Notes: generated from the sequence alone by a model not told the origin. 64,000 nt of DNA from Thermoanaerobaculia bacterium (GCA_965116145.1 OZ220482.1:1089450-1153449); one strand, 5' to 3'. Shown: positions 1 to 9,937, numbered from the stretch's first letter. Translations and numbers: made by a program.

Positions 1-786
1 GCCGGTACCCTCACCCGGCTCCTTGTTGTAGTGCATCGAGAAGTAGAGCTGGGTACCCGGCGTCAGCAGCCGGCCGGCGCCTTCCGGCAGGTAGAACGGC
101 TCGGTGCCGGGGGCGATGCCGCCGATCAGGCCGGACGCTCCCGGCGTCTCCGTTTCGGCCGCGACCCGCGAGCCGACGATGTGATGGACCACATCGCTGC
201 CGGGACGGAACTCGATCGCCTGGATCCAGCGCGGCTCGGGCAGCATCTCCTCGGTGATCATCGCCGCCCTCAGGCTGATGTTCACGTCCTTCACGTCGTC
301 GTCGACCCAGAACGGCTCGGCCAGATCGAGCACCAGGTCGGGCTCGCCGATCAGCCAGCCCGTCGGCCACGCGATCGGCTCCGGGGCCTTCGCCGGGTCG
401 CCCCGCCGCGCGCCGGTCCTCGCCCAGCGGACGATCGTGTCGATCTCTTCCGCCGTCAGCACCCGCTCGTTCGTGAACTGACCGTGGGTCTGCTCGGTCG
501 CGAACCAGGGCGGCATCTCCTTCGACTCCACCTGGCGCGCCATGCTGCGGGCCCACGGGCGCGTCTCCTGGTAGGTGGTCAGCGCCATCGGCGCCTTCAT
601 GCCGCCGTAGGCAACGCCCTCGGGGCGGTGGCAACCCTGGCAGGAGCGCTGCAGGATCGGCTCGACGTCCTCATGGAACGTCACCGCGTCGGGACTGTCG
701 GTGTCGTTGGCGCCAGCGGCCACGACCGGGGCAGCGGCAACGAACAGCAGAGTGGCAAGAGCGGCAAGGCGGGAACACCGTGACAT
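1..786 (-). CDS. Secreted cytochrome c (CxxCH) / copper type II monooxygenase-like protein, 3' end outside window
   Basis: Not in the ORF track because it runs off the window. Manual translation from ATG 786 (GGGAGG RBS upstream): MSRCSRLAALATLLFVAAAPVVAA...VTFHEDVEPILQRSCQGCHRPEG...MPPWFA...WIQAIEFRPGSDVVHH...FSMHYN. Signal peptide, CQGCH heme motif, HH and MHY motifs. Confidence 0.75.
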   Translation of the reverse strand, partial: MSRCSRLAALATLLFVAAAPVVAAGANDTDSPDAVTFHEDVEPILQRSCQGCHRPEGVAYGGMKAPMALTTYQETRPWARSMARQVESKEMPPWFATEQTHGQFTNERVLTAEEIDTIVRWARTGARRGDPAKAPEPIAWPTGWLIGEPDLVLDLAEPFWVDDDVKDVNISLRAAMITEEMLPEPRWIQAIEFRPGSDVVHHIVGSRVAAETETPGASGLIGGIAPGTEPFYLPEGAGRLLTPGTQLYFSMHYNKEPGEGTG

Positions 787-888
787 CACAAACTTCCTCC
801 CGATAGAGGTTCTGGTGGTTGATTCGTGCCGAACGTATCACACGGCTGCGGAACGGACGGCGAATCGGCCGAGGGCTTCCCGACCGAC

Positions 889-1173
889 TCAGCTCCGGGA
901 CGTCGGCTCCTCCAGCGGCGCCACCGTCTCGAGCCGGTCGATGGCATGGACCGGAGCGGCTTCGCCCTTCATCAGATGCGCGATCGCCCGCAGCACGAGG
1001 CGCTGGCGCGCCAGCCGGTTGCGGCCGGCGAAGGCCGGAGATTCGACCCGCAGGCTGAAGTGACTGCCCTCCCCCGTCACGTCGATCCGGGCCGACGGAA
1101 GGGCGGCCGCCACCGCCTGCCGAATGCGCTCGGCGGTCTCGTGCGGACTCGGCCGGCCAGCGATCTGCACCAT
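889..1173 (-). CDS. bolA: BolA/IbaG family protein
   Basis: C-terminal part of ORF 889..1632: GSHFSLRVESPAFAGRNRLARQRLV...VHAI. Lies directly downstream of a monothiol glutaredoxin. Confidence 0.85.
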   Translation of the reverse strand: MVQIAGRPSPHETAERIRQAVAAALPSARIDVTGEGSHFSLRVESPAFAGRNRLARQRLVLRAIAHLMKGEAAPVHAIDRLETVAPLEEPTSRS

Positions 1174-1195
1174 GGATCGGCGACGGGTCGGACGG

Positions 1196-1810
1196 TCAGC
1201 CGGCGGCGCGGGCGGCCGGCATGTCGACGTCCAGCCGCTGTCCGTGCTCGGTGTCGACCACCGTGATCGCAGCTCCCTGCGCCCGCTGCGCCGAGTCCCG
1301 GTCGAGCAGGAAGAACAGACCGCCGACCGGCACGCGGAGCTCCGACCCGGCCGCTGGACCGAAGCCGAGGAAGGGCTGGAACCGGGCGTCGATCCCGAAG
1401 TGGAGCTCGCCCTGCTGCTGAAGCTGGGCCTGGCGCAGCATCTCCTCGGCCTCGGCGCTGATCGTGATCTCGACCTCGCCGCCGGCGGGACGCTCCACGC
1501 CCAGGGCGTCGTGAAGCTCGCCGTTGTCGTACATCTCCTTGACGATGTCGCAGCCGCCCATGAACTCGCCGTCGACGTAGAGCTGCGGAATCGTCGGCCA
1601 GTCGGAGAACTCCTTGACACCCTCGCGCACATCGCCGTCCGAGAGCACGTCGAAGGTCTCGTACTCGGGCAGCAGGCGATTCAGCACCTGGACCACCTGG
1701 GACGAGAAACCGCACTGCGGCGCGGCTCGGTTGCCCTTCATGAACAGGACGCAGGGTGCGGAAGCGACGATGTCCCGGATACGGGACTCGAGTTCGGGAG
1801 TGAGCGACAT
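1196..1810 (-). CDS. grxD: Grx4 monothiol glutaredoxin with C-terminal HesB/IscA-like domain
   Basis: LFMKG..PQCGFS, SDWPTIPQLYVDGEFMGGCDI motifs, plus a ~95-aa C-terminal extension. Confidence 0.92.
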   Translation of the reverse strand: MSLTPELESRIRDIVASAPCVLFMKGNRAAPQCGFSSQVVQVLNRLLPEYETFDVLSDGDVREGVKEFSDWPTIPQLYVDGEFMGGCDIVKEMYDNGELHDALGVERPAGGEVEITISAEAEEMLRQAQLQQQGELHFGIDARFQPFLGFGPAAGSELRVPVGGLFFLLDRDSAQRAQGAAITVVDTEHGQRLDVDMPAARAAG

Positions 1811-1828
1811 GTCGGAAGTTCCTGGCTA

Positions 1829-1988
1829 GCAGTCCGTGGCAGAAGTGCGTGTGGCACCGAGAGCGGTCAGGCGCCCGTCCGGCAAGGCGCGATGAGCGAG
1901 CATATCGGGATATATGTGAGCGAAGAGCAACGCAGCCGGACGGGATGCATGGCCGATCGAATGCAGCGCGACTTCTGCCACGGACTGC
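1829..1988. mobile_element. MITE-like ~160-bp palindromic element, copy 1
   Basis: Perfect 18-bp terminal inverted repeat GCAGTCCGTGGCAGAAGT / ACTTCTGCCACGGACTGC, preceded by CTA. Near-identical copy at 15031. Confidence 0.85.
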
Positions 1989-2081
1989 CAAGCGGGCCGG
2001 TCGTGCTTGTTGCTACTCTATCGGGTTCACTGCCGACCGCGACCGCACGGCACAAGATCACCGGTCAGGAGACTGCACGGA

Positions 2082-4331
2082 ATGACGGACTCTGGCAGGG
2101 CCGCGGCCCGCAACGAACCACCCGACGAACTGCCGGGACGACCTCGCGCACGGAACCCGATGGCGGCGATCGGCGTGATCGCCGGCACCCTGGCCGCCCT
2201 GCCGGTCCAGGCGAACGAATGGACATCCTGGAGAGGCCCCCACCAGAACGGCTACTCCGGCGCAACCGGCCTGATCGACACCTGGAGTCCGGACGGCGAG
2301 AACCTGATCTGGCGCCGGGACTTCACCGCCCGCTCGACCCCGGTCGTCATGGGCGGCCGGGTCTACGTCAACGGCCGCGCCGGCGCCGGCGTCGACCAGC
2401 AGGCGGTGGTCGCGGCCTTCGACGCCGGAACCGGCGAGCCGATCTGGGAAAACCGCTACAACCTCTACCTGACGACCGTGGCGATGAACCGCGTCGGCTG
2501 GGCGTCGCTCACCGGGGACCCGGAGACCGGCTACATCTACGTCCAGCTCGTCAGCGGCTTCTTCCTGTGCCTCGACCGCGACGGCGGCGTCGTCTGGTCG
2601 CGATCGCTCAAGGAGGAGCACGGCCGCTTCGAGGGCTACGGCGGCCGCACCGCGTCGGCGGTCATCGACGAGGACCAGGTCATCCTGAACATGATCAACG
2701 GCAGCTGGGGCAACCAGGGCCCGCCGCGCCACCGCTACTACGCCTTCGACAAGCGCACCGGCGCCGTCCGCTGGATGTCGACGCCAAGCGGCGCGGTCCA
2801 CGACCGGAACACCCAGTCCGTTCCGGTCGTCGCCGTCGTCGGCGGCCAGCGCCTGCTGATCGGCGGCGCCGCGGACGGCCGCATCTACGCCCTCCAGGCC
2901 CGCACCGGCAGGAAGGTGTGGGAGTTCGAGCTGTCGAAGCGCGGCCTCAACGTCTCTCCCGTGGTCGACGAGGCGGGCCGGGTGTTCATCTCCCACAGCG
3001 AGGAGAACGTCGACGAGGCCACGCTCGGCCGGCTGGTGGCGATCGACGGTAGCGGCAGCGGCGACATCACGGCCACCGGGGAGCTGTGGCGCTGGAACCG
3101 GAACAAGGCCGGTTTCCCCTCGCCGGCCCTCCATGACGGCCGCCTGTACGTCGTGAACAACCAGGGCAACCTGGCCGCCGTCGAAGCCGCCACCGGCGAT
3201 GTCCACTGGGAACTGAGCATCGGCACGGTCGGCAAGTCGTCGCCGGTATGGGCCGACGGCAAGCTCTACGCACCCGAGACGAACGGCCACTTCGCGATCG
3301 TTCGACCCGGCGACGACAGCGCCGAAATCCTCGCCCGCCACGAGCTGAGGATGCCGGACGGCCGCCGCTACGCCGAGTTCTACGGGTCGCCGGCGATCGC
3401 CTACGGACGGATCTACTTCACGACCGAGGAGGGCCTCTACTGTCTGGGCGACCCGGAAGCGCCGTTCGAGGTCACGGCAGCGGCCCCGCTGCCCGGCCTC
3501 GGCGACGAAGGGGCGGAGACAGGTCCCGCCGCGACGCTGCTCGTGGTCCCGGCCGAGGTCACCGCGAACCCCGGAGAGAGCCACGACTTCGAGGTGCACG
3601 CCTACGACGCCCGAGGCCGCGCGCTGGGGCCGGTCGAGGCCGCGTGGTCGGTCAGGGGACTCGACGCCGCGGTCGCCGGCTCGACCCTGACGGTTTCCGC
3701 CGACTCCGGATTCGCGGTCGGAGCGCTGGCGGCGACGCACGGCGAGCTGAAGGCCGAGGCCCGGATCCGGGTGTTCCCGCCGCTGCCCTGGCGCGAGGAT
3801 TTCTCGGGCGGCAAGCGCGGCCTCTGGATCGGCGGCGGCCGCTACGACGTTACCGAGGAGGACGGCGAGAGCATCCTGATCAAGCCGGTGGCGGAACGCG
3901 GCCTGCTGCGCTCGCCGCTGCTGATCGGACCGCCTTCGCTTGGCAACTACACGATCCAGGCCGACATCCGCCTCTCGCAGCAGGGCCGCCGCAAGTCGGA
4001 TGCGGGCCTGATCAACAGCGGCTACATCCTGGACGTTCTCGGCATCCACCAGCGCCTGCAGATCCGCTCCTGGTCGGCGATGCTCCGGGTCGAGGAGACG
4101 GTGGACATCGAGGTCGGGATGGACCGCTGGTACACAATGAAGCTCGAAGTCGAATCGGACGATGACGAGGCCCGGATTCGCGGCAAGGTCTGGCCGCAGG
4201 GCGCCGACGAGCCGGCGGACTGGACGGTGACCGCGGTCGACCCCCATCCGATCCGCAACGGCTCTCCGGGCCTGCTCGGCTACTCGCCGGCGGTGGTGTC
4301 CTACGACAACGTGCTGATCACGCCGAACTGA
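2082..4331 (+). CDS. Secreted PQQ-binding-like beta-propeller protein with C-terminal beta-sandwich domain
   Basis: EWTSWRGPHQNG N-terminal motif and repeated A(F/L)DxxTGxxxW propeller blades. AGGAG upstream of ATG 2082; the start could instead be 2160. Confidence 0.85.
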   Translation: MTDSGRAAARNEPPDELPGRPRARNPMAAIGVIAGTLAALPVQANEWTSWRGPHQNGYSGATGLIDTWSPDGENLIWRRDFTARSTPVVMGGRVYVNGRAGAGVDQQAVVAAFDAGTGEPIWENRYNLYLTTVAMNRVGWASLTGDPETGYIYVQLVSGFFLCLDRDGGVVWSRSLKEEHGRFEGYGGRTASAVIDEDQVILNMINGSWGNQGPPRHRYYAFDKRTGAVRWMSTPSGAVHDRNTQSVPVVAVVGGQRLLIGGAADGRIYALQARTGRKVWEFELSKRGLNVSPVVDEAGRVFISHSEENVDEATLGRLVAIDGSGSGDITATGELWRWNRNKAGFPSPALHDGRLYVVNNQGNLAAVEAATGDVHWELSIGTVGKSSPVWADGKLYAPETNGHFAIVRPGDDSAEILARHELRMPDGRRYAEFYGSPAIAYGRIYFTTEEGLYCLGDPEAPFEVTAAAPLPGLGDEGAETGPAATLLVVPAEVTANPGESHDFEVHAYDARGRALGPVEAAWSVRGLDAAVAGSTLTVSADSGFAVGALAATHGELKAEARIRVFPPLPWREDFSGGKRGLWIGGGRYDVTEEDGESILIKPVAERGLLRSPLLIGPPSLGNYTIQADIRLSQQGRRKSDAGLINSGYILDVLGIHQRLQIRSWSAMLRVEETVDIEVGMDRWYTMKLEVESDDDEARIRGKVWPQGADEPADWTVTAVDPHPIRNGSPGLLGYSPAVVSYDNVLITPN

Positions 4332-4376
4332 GCGCCGGGCACCGGCGAGAGGGCGCACAGGGAACGCAGCGAGGCA

Positions 4377-5534
4377 ATGGAACGGAGAATCCGCATGGGC
4401 ATGGTCGGCGGCGGCCAGGGCGCCTTCATCGGCGCCGTCCACCGCATGGCGGCCGGGCTCGACGGCCTGATCGAACTCGTCTGCGGCGCCTTCAGTTCCG
4501 ACCCGGAGCGCTCGCGCGCGTCCGGCGCCGACCTGTTCCTGCCGCCGGAGCGCTGCTATGGCACGTACCGGGAGATGATGGAGCGCGAGGCCGCCCGCGA
4601 TCCGGCCGAGCGGATGGACTTCGTCTCCATCGTGACGCCGAACCACCTGCACTTCCCGGTCGCGAAGGCGGCGCTCGAAGCCGGCTTTCACGTGATGAGC
4701 GACAAGCCGATGACGACGTCGGCCGCCGAGGCCGAGGCGCTGGTGGAGCTGGTCGAACGGACCGGCCTCACCTTCGGACTGACCCACAACTACACGGGCT
4801 ACCCGATGGTCAAGGAAGCCCGGCACCGGGTCCGCGGCGGTCAGCTCGGCACGGTGCGGAAGATCGTCGTCGAGTACCCGCAGGGATGGCTCGCCACCCG
4901 GCTCGAGTCGGAAGGCCAGAAGCAGGCGGACTGGCGCACCGACCCCGAGCGCGCCGGGATCAGTTGCTGCATCGGCGACATCGGCACCCACGCGGAGAAC
5001 CTCGCCGAGGCGATCACCGGCCTGCGCATCGAGTCGCTGTGCGCCGACCTGACCACCTTCGTCGCCGGGCGGCCGCTCGAGGACGACGGCAATGTCCTGC
5101 TGCGCTTCGACAACGGCGCACGCGGCGTGCTCCATGCATCCCAGATCGCGGTCGACGAGGAGAATGCGCTGGCGATCCGGATCCACGGCGAACAGGGCGG
5201 CCTGGAGTGGCGCCAGGAGGAGCCGAACACCCTGATCCTCAAGTGGCCCGACCGGCCGCGCGAGATCCTGCGCACGTCGAGCCACGGGCTATGCGATGCC
5301 GCGGCCGCGCACACCAGACTGCCCGCCGGTCATCCCGAGGGCTTCCTCGAGGCCTTCGCCAATCTCTACCGCAACTTCGCGTTGACGCTCGACTGCCGAC
5401 GCCGCGGCCGGGAACCCGACCCGACGATGCTCGATTTCCCCACCGTCCACGACGGGCTGCGCGGAATGCAGTTCATCGAGACTGTCGTCGCCAGCAGCGA
5501 GAGCGACCGGAAGTGGCTGGAGATGCCGGCCTGA
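4377..5534 (+). CDS. Gfo/Idh/MocA family oxidoreductase
   Basis: [16 protein letters not shown] Rossmann start; [11 protein letters not shown] and GDIGTH motifs. Confidence 0.93.
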   Translation: MERRIRMGMVGGGQGAFIGAVHRMAAGLDGLIELVCGAFSSDPERSRASGADLFLPPERCYGTYREMMEREAARDPAERMDFVSIVTPNHLHFPVAKAALEAGFHVMSDKPMTTSAAEAEALVELVERTGLTFGLTHNYTGYPMVKEARHRVRGGQLGTVRKIVVEYPQGWLATRLESEGQKQADWRTDPERAGISCCIGDIGTHAENLAEAITGLRIESLCADLTTFVAGRPLEDDGNVLLRFDNGARGVLHASQIAVDEENALAIRIHGEQGGLEWRQEEPNTLILKWPDRPREILRTSSHGLCDAAAAHTRLPAGHPEGFLEAFANLYRNFALTLDCRRRGREPDPTMLDFPTVHDGLRGMQFIETVVASSESDRKWLEMPA

Positions 5535-5598
5535 CGCCGGAGTCCGCGCACCGCACGGGCTGAGACCGGGCGAGTCCGCAACCCGAAGGAGACGTACC

Positions 5599-6594
5599 GT
5601 GGCCCGACCCGTAACACTGTTCACCGGCCAGTGGGCCGACCTGCCCATCGCCGACCTCTGTCCGCTCGCCGGCGAACTCGGCTACGACGGACTGGAGCTC
5701 GCCTGCTGGGGCGACCACCTCGAGGTCGACCGCTGCGACGCCGACTACGCCGCGGCGCGGCGCAGCCTGCTGAAGCAGCACGGGCTCGAACTCCATGCGA
5801 TCAGCAACCACCTGGTCGGGCAGGCGGTATGCGACCGGATCGACGCCCGCCACGAAGCGATCCTGCCGCCCCATGTCTGGGGCGACGGCAACCCGGAGGA
5901 CGTCCGCAGACGCGCCGCCGACGAGATGATCCGCACCGGTGAAGCGGCGAAGGACCTGGGGCTTTCGGTGGTCAACGGCTTCGTCGGCAGCTCGATCTGG
6001 CATCTGCTCTACTCCTTCCCGCCGGTGCCGCCGTCGATGATCGACGAAGGGTTCGCCGACTTCGCGGCGCGCTGGACGCCGATCCTCGACGCCTATCGGG
6101 AGCTCGGCGTGCGCTTCGGCCTGGAGGTCCATCCGACCGAGATCGCCTTCGACACGGTGACCGCAGAGCGCGCGATCGACGCCCTGGACGGCCACTCCGC
6201 CTTTGGCTTCAACTACGACCCGAGCCACCTCGGCTACCAGGGCGTCGACTATGTCGACTTCATCCGCCGCTTCGGCGACCGCATCGTCCACGTCCACATC
6301 AAGGACGCATCGTGGTCCGACCAGCCGAAACCCTGCGGCGTCTTCGGAGGCCACACCGGCTTCGGCGACCACCGCCGGTTCTGGGACTTCCGGTCGCCCG
6401 GCCGCGGCTCGGTCGACTTCGAGGAGGTCATCCGGGCCCTGAACGACATCGGCTACGACGGTCCGCTCTCGGTCGAGTGGGAGGACTCCGGCATGGACCG
6501 CAGGCACGGCGCTGCCGAAGCCGCGGACTTCGTCCGCGCCCTCGACTTCGCCCCCTCGGCAATCGCCTTCGACGCCGCCTTCGAAGACAGGTGA
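5599..6594 (+). CDS. Sugar phosphate isomerase/epimerase (IolE-like TIM barrel)
   Basis: [44 protein letters not shown] and SVEWED motifs. Confidence 0.92.
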   Translation: MARPVTLFTGQWADLPIADLCPLAGELGYDGLELACWGDHLEVDRCDADYAAARRSLLKQHGLELHAISNHLVGQAVCDRIDARHEAILPPHVWGDGNPEDVRRRAADEMIRTGEAAKDLGLSVVNGFVGSSIWHLLYSFPPVPPSMIDEGFADFAARWTPILDAYRELGVRFGLEVHPTEIAFDTVTAERAIDALDGHSAFGFNYDPSHLGYQGVDYVDFIRRFGDRIVHVHIKDASWSDQPKPCGVFGGHTGFGDHRRFWDFRSPGRGSVDFEEVIRALNDIGYDGPLSVEWEDSGMDRRHGAAEAADFVRALDFAPSAIAFDAAFEDR

Positions 6595-6647
6595 CGTCAT
6601 CGGCCGCAACGTCAGGCCGAACGACGGACCGTCGCTGCGGGTGGTCT

Positions 6648-6665
6648 CTGATCGACTATCACTGA
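6648..6665 (+). pseudogene. Remnant C-terminus of HigB toxin (LIDYH*)
   Basis: CTG ATC GAC TAT CAC TGA, 13 bp before the higA ATG. 'DYH*' is the typical HigB/killer-protein C-terminus. Confidence 0.6.
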
Positions 6666-6678
6666 CAGAAGAGGAGAC

Positions 6679-7014
6679 ATGGCGATGAACATCAGCGCAG
6701 GCGATCGCGTCGGCCCGATGCGGAACCCTCCGCACCTGGGCGAGCTGATCCGCGAGAGCATGGAGGACATGGGCTGGAACGTGACCGAGACGGCGACGCG
6801 CCTGGGCTGTCAGCGCGTGACACTGTCTCGCCTGCTGAACGGCAAGGCCGGTGTGTCGCCGAACATGGCGCTGGCGCTGGAGGGCATCGGCTGGGGCACG
6901 GCCGAACACTGGATGAGGATGCAGGCGAGCTACGAGCTTGCGCAGGCGCGTCGCGACCGGACCTCGGTCGGACCGTATTCGGTCGACGTGGCTGGCGAAC
7001 TCGTCGGCCCATGA
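6679..7014 (+). CDS. higA: HigA family antitoxin (XRE HTH), orphan
   Basis: MRNPPHLGELIRE...TLSRLLNGKAGVSPNMALAL...WMRMQASYEL; GAGGAG RBS; stop overlaps the xylA ATG. Confidence 0.9.
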   Translation: MAMNISAGDRVGPMRNPPHLGELIRESMEDMGWNVTETATRLGCQRVTLSRLLNGKAGVSPNMALALEGIGWGTAEHWMRMQASYELAQARRDRTSVGPYSVDVAGELVGP

Positions 7015-8360
7015 CGACAGCGTCCTTCTTCCCCGAGGTTCCGAAGCCGATTCCGTTCCACGGGCCGGAGAGTCGGGAGCGGCTGGCGTTCCGGTACTAC
7101 GACCGTGACCGGAAGGTCGGCCGCCGGACGATGGAGCGGCACCTGAAGTTCGCGGTCGCCTGGTGGCACACCTTCAAGGGCGGCGGACAGGATCCGTTCG
7201 GGCCGGATCCGGTCTACGACCGCGCCTGGAACCACGCGCCGACAGCGCTCGACGCCGCCGCCCGCACCGTCGACGCGGCCTTCGAGTTCGCAACGAAGCT
7301 CGGCGTGCCGTACTACTGCTTTCACGACCGGGACATCGCCCCCGAGGGCCGCTCGATCGCCGAGAGCAACGAGTTCCTGGACGAGATCGTGCCGTTGCTC
7401 CGTGCCCGGCAGCGGGCAACCGGCGTCCGGCTGCTCTGGGGCACCGCAAACCTGTTCGGACACCCGCGCTACACCCACGGCGCGGCGACCAACCCCGATC
7501 CGCGGGTCTTCGCGCACGCCGCGGCCCAGGTGCGCCGGGCGATCGACGCCACGATCGAGCTCGGCGGCACGGGCTACGTCTTCTGGGGCGGCCGCGAGGG
7601 CTACACCTCCCTGATCAACACCGACATGCGCCGCGAGCGCGAGCAGATGGCGGCCTTCCTGCGGCTGGCGGTGGACTACGGGCGCCGCCAGGGGTTCAAG
7701 GGCAGATTCTTCCTGGAACCGAAGGCGAAGGAGCCGTCCGTCCATCAGTACGACTTCGACTGCGCCCACTGCCTGAACTTCCTCAGGGAGTTCGACCTGA
7801 TGGACGACTTCCTGCTGAACGTCGAGGCGAACCACGCCACCCTGGCGACCCATTCGTTCGAGCACGAGCTGATGACGGCGGCGGGCGCCGGCATGCTCGG
7901 CAGCGTCGACATCAACCGCGGTCTCGAGGGAGTGGGCTGGGACACGGACAATTTCGCGATGAGCCTGCGCGAGTGCGTGCTCGCGCTGCTCGTCATCCGC
8001 GGCCAGGGCGGGCTGCGCTGGGGCGGCCTGAACTTCGACGCCAAGGTGCGGCGCGGCTCCTTCGACACCGTCGACCTGTTCCACGCCCATGTCGCTTCGA
8101 TGGATGTCTTCGCCAGGGCCCTGCTGATCGTCGAGCGCATCCGGGAGGACGGCGTGCTCGGCCTCGCAGGCAGGCGGATCCGGCAGCGCTACGCCGGCTA
8201 CCGCCGCGGCCTGGGCCGCAAGGCGCTCACCGGCGAGACGACGCTCGAGGAGCTGGAGCGGTGGGCCGGCAGCCTGGGGGAGCCGCCGAAGACGAGCGGC
8301 CGCCAGGAGGAGCTCGAGAGCATCCTGAACGACTACCTGTACAGCACCCGCATCGAGTGA
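7011..8360 (+). CDS. xylA: Xylose isomerase (class II)
   Basis: FAVAWWHT, FHDRD, WGGREGY, EPKAKEP, NVEANHA, GWDTD and NFDAK motifs. Confidence 0.97.
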   Translation: MTTASFFPEVPKPIPFHGPESRERLAFRYYDRDRKVGRRTMERHLKFAVAWWHTFKGGGQDPFGPDPVYDRAWNHAPTALDAAARTVDAAFEFATKLGVPYYCFHDRDIAPEGRSIAESNEFLDEIVPLLRARQRATGVRLLWGTANLFGHPRYTHGAATNPDPRVFAHAAAQVRRAIDATIELGGTGYVFWGGREGYTSLINTDMRREREQMAAFLRLAVDYGRRQGFKGRFFLEPKAKEPSVHQYDFDCAHCLNFLREFDLMDDFLLNVEANHATLATHSFEHELMTAAGAGMLGSVDINRGLEGVGWDTDNFAMSLRECVLALLVIRGQGGLRWGGLNFDAKVRRGSFDTVDLFHAHVASMDVFARALLIVERIREDGVLGLAGRRIRQRYAGYRRGLGRKALTGETTLEELERWAGSLGEPPKTSGRQEELESILNDYLYSTRIE

Positions 8361-9937
8361 GCGGCGGCGCCGGCAGCAGCGTCTACCTCGGCGTCGACAT
8401 CGGCACCCAGAGCCTGACCGCGCTCCTGGTCGAGGTTCCGCCGGACGACGAAAGCGGCGACGAGCGGGCGCGCAGTATCGCGGCGCGGGCGGAGGTGCAC
8501 TACGACTCGGAGCTGCCGGCGTACGGCGCCGTGCACGGCCAGCTCCCGAACCACGACCCCGCGATCGGGCGGGCGCCGCCCGGCATGTGGCTGGACGCCC
8601 TCGACCTGGCGCTCGACCGTCTCGGCCGCGAGGCGTGCGGCCGTGTGCGCGGCGTATCCGTGTCCGGGCAGCAGCACGGCTCGGTCTACCTGACGGCGGA
8701 CTTCGAGCCGGTGCTCGAGGCGCTGTCGCCGGACCGCAGTCTCGCCGGCCAGATCGAGCCCGTCCTCGCCCGTGCGGAAGCGCCGATCTGGACCGATTCG
8801 TCCACCACCCGCGAGTGCGAGGAGATCCGCAGCAGCCTCGGCGGCCGGCGTGCGGTCGCCGAACTGACCGGCAGCGACACCTTCGAGCGCTTCACCGGCC
8901 CCCAGATCCGCCGCTTCGCGCGGACCGAGCCCGAGGCGTGGCGGCGCACCGCCCACGTCTGCCTGGTCAGCTCCTTCGTCACCTCGGTCCTGGCCGGACG
9001 GCTGGCCCCGATCGACCACGGCGACGGCGCCGGCATGAACCTGCTCGACATCCGTCGACGGGGGTGGTCAGGGGCGGCATTGGCGGCGACTGCCGACGGC
9101 CTCGACCGCCGGCTGCCTGAGCCCTGCGCACCGTCGACCGCGGTCGGCACGATCGCACCCCGCTTCGTCGTGCGCCACGGCTTCCCGGCCTCGACCCGGG
9201 TGATCGCCGGCTCGGGCGACAATCCGTGCTCCCTGGTCGGCGTCGGCGTCCGGGAACCGGGCGAGGCGGTGCTGAGCCTGGGCACAAGCGACACCTACTT
9301 CGGGTTGCTGCGGCAGGTCGCCGTCGACCCGGAGGCGAACGGCCACGTGTTCATCGCGCCGACCGGACACCCGATGAGCCTGATCTGCTTTCGCAACGGC
9401 TCGCTCGCGCGCGAGGCCGTCCGCGGCCGCCACGACCTGGACTGGCCGGGTTTCGACGCCGCCCTGCGGGCGACGCCGCCGGGAAACGACGGGATGATGA
9501 TGCTGCCCTGGTTCGAGCCGGAGATCGTGCCGCGGGTGGCCGCGCCCCGGGTCCATCGGCTGGGCGGACTCCGCGATGCGCCGGAGCACACGGCACAGAA
9601 CTGCCGGGCGGTGGTCGAGGGCCAGTTCCTGTCGATGCGGCTCAACTCCGAGTGGATGGCAACGAGGCCGTCGAGGCTCGTCGCCACCGGCGGCGGCTCC
9701 CGGAATCGCGAGCTCCTGCAGATCGCCGCCGACGTTCTCGGCTGTCGGGTGGACAGCCTCGAGGTCACGGACGGCGCTGCTCTCGGCGCCGCGCTCCGCG
9801 CCACCGGCCGCCGCACCTGCCCCCTGCCGCCCGCGGGCTGGCTCGGCCCGACCGCCGCGCCACGGCCGGAAGCGGCGGCGGTCTACGACACGATGCTGCC
9901 CCGCTACGCTGAAGCGCAGCGGCGCGCCGCAGGCTGA
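8357..9937 (+). CDS. xylB: Xylulokinase, FGGY family (eukaryote XYLB-like subtype)
   Basis: GTG overlaps the xylA stop (GTGA). YLGVDIGTQS, SGQQHGSVY, IWTDSST, ERFTGPQIR, GDNP, SLGTSDT and TGGGS motifs. Confidence 0.9.
   Translation: MSGGAGSSVYLGVDIGTQSLTALLVEVPPDDESGDERARSIAARAEVHYDSELPAYGAVHGQLPNHDPAIGRAPPGMWLDALDLALDRLGREACGRVRGVSVSGQQHGSVYLTADFEPVLEALSPDRSLAGQIEPVLARAEAPIWTDSSTTRECEEIRSSLGGRRAVAELTGSDTFERFTGPQIRRFARTEPEAWRRTAHVCLVSSFVTSVLAGRLAPIDHGDGAGMNLLDIRRRGWSGAALAATADGLDRRLPEPCAPSTAVGTIAPRFVVRHGFPASTRVIAGSGDNPCSLVGVGVREPGEAVLSLGTSDTYFGLLRQVAVDPEANGHVFIAPTGHPMSLICFRNGSLAREAVRGRHDLDWPGFDAALRATPPGNDGMMMLPWFEPEIVPRVAAPRVHRLGGLRDAPEHTAQNCRAVVEGQFLSMRLNSEWMATRPSRLVATGGGSRNRELLQIAADVLGCRVDSLEVTDGAALGAALRATGRRTCPLPPAGWLGPTAAPRPEAAAVYDTMLPRYAEAQRRAAG

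Noticed and set aside
2058-5285. Long antisense or alternate-frame ORFs (e.g. 2058..5285 -, 19495..22260 +, 22340..25588 +, 33787..36258 -)
   Set aside because: Shadow ORFs typical of high-GC DNA, overlapping genes with clear family motifs.
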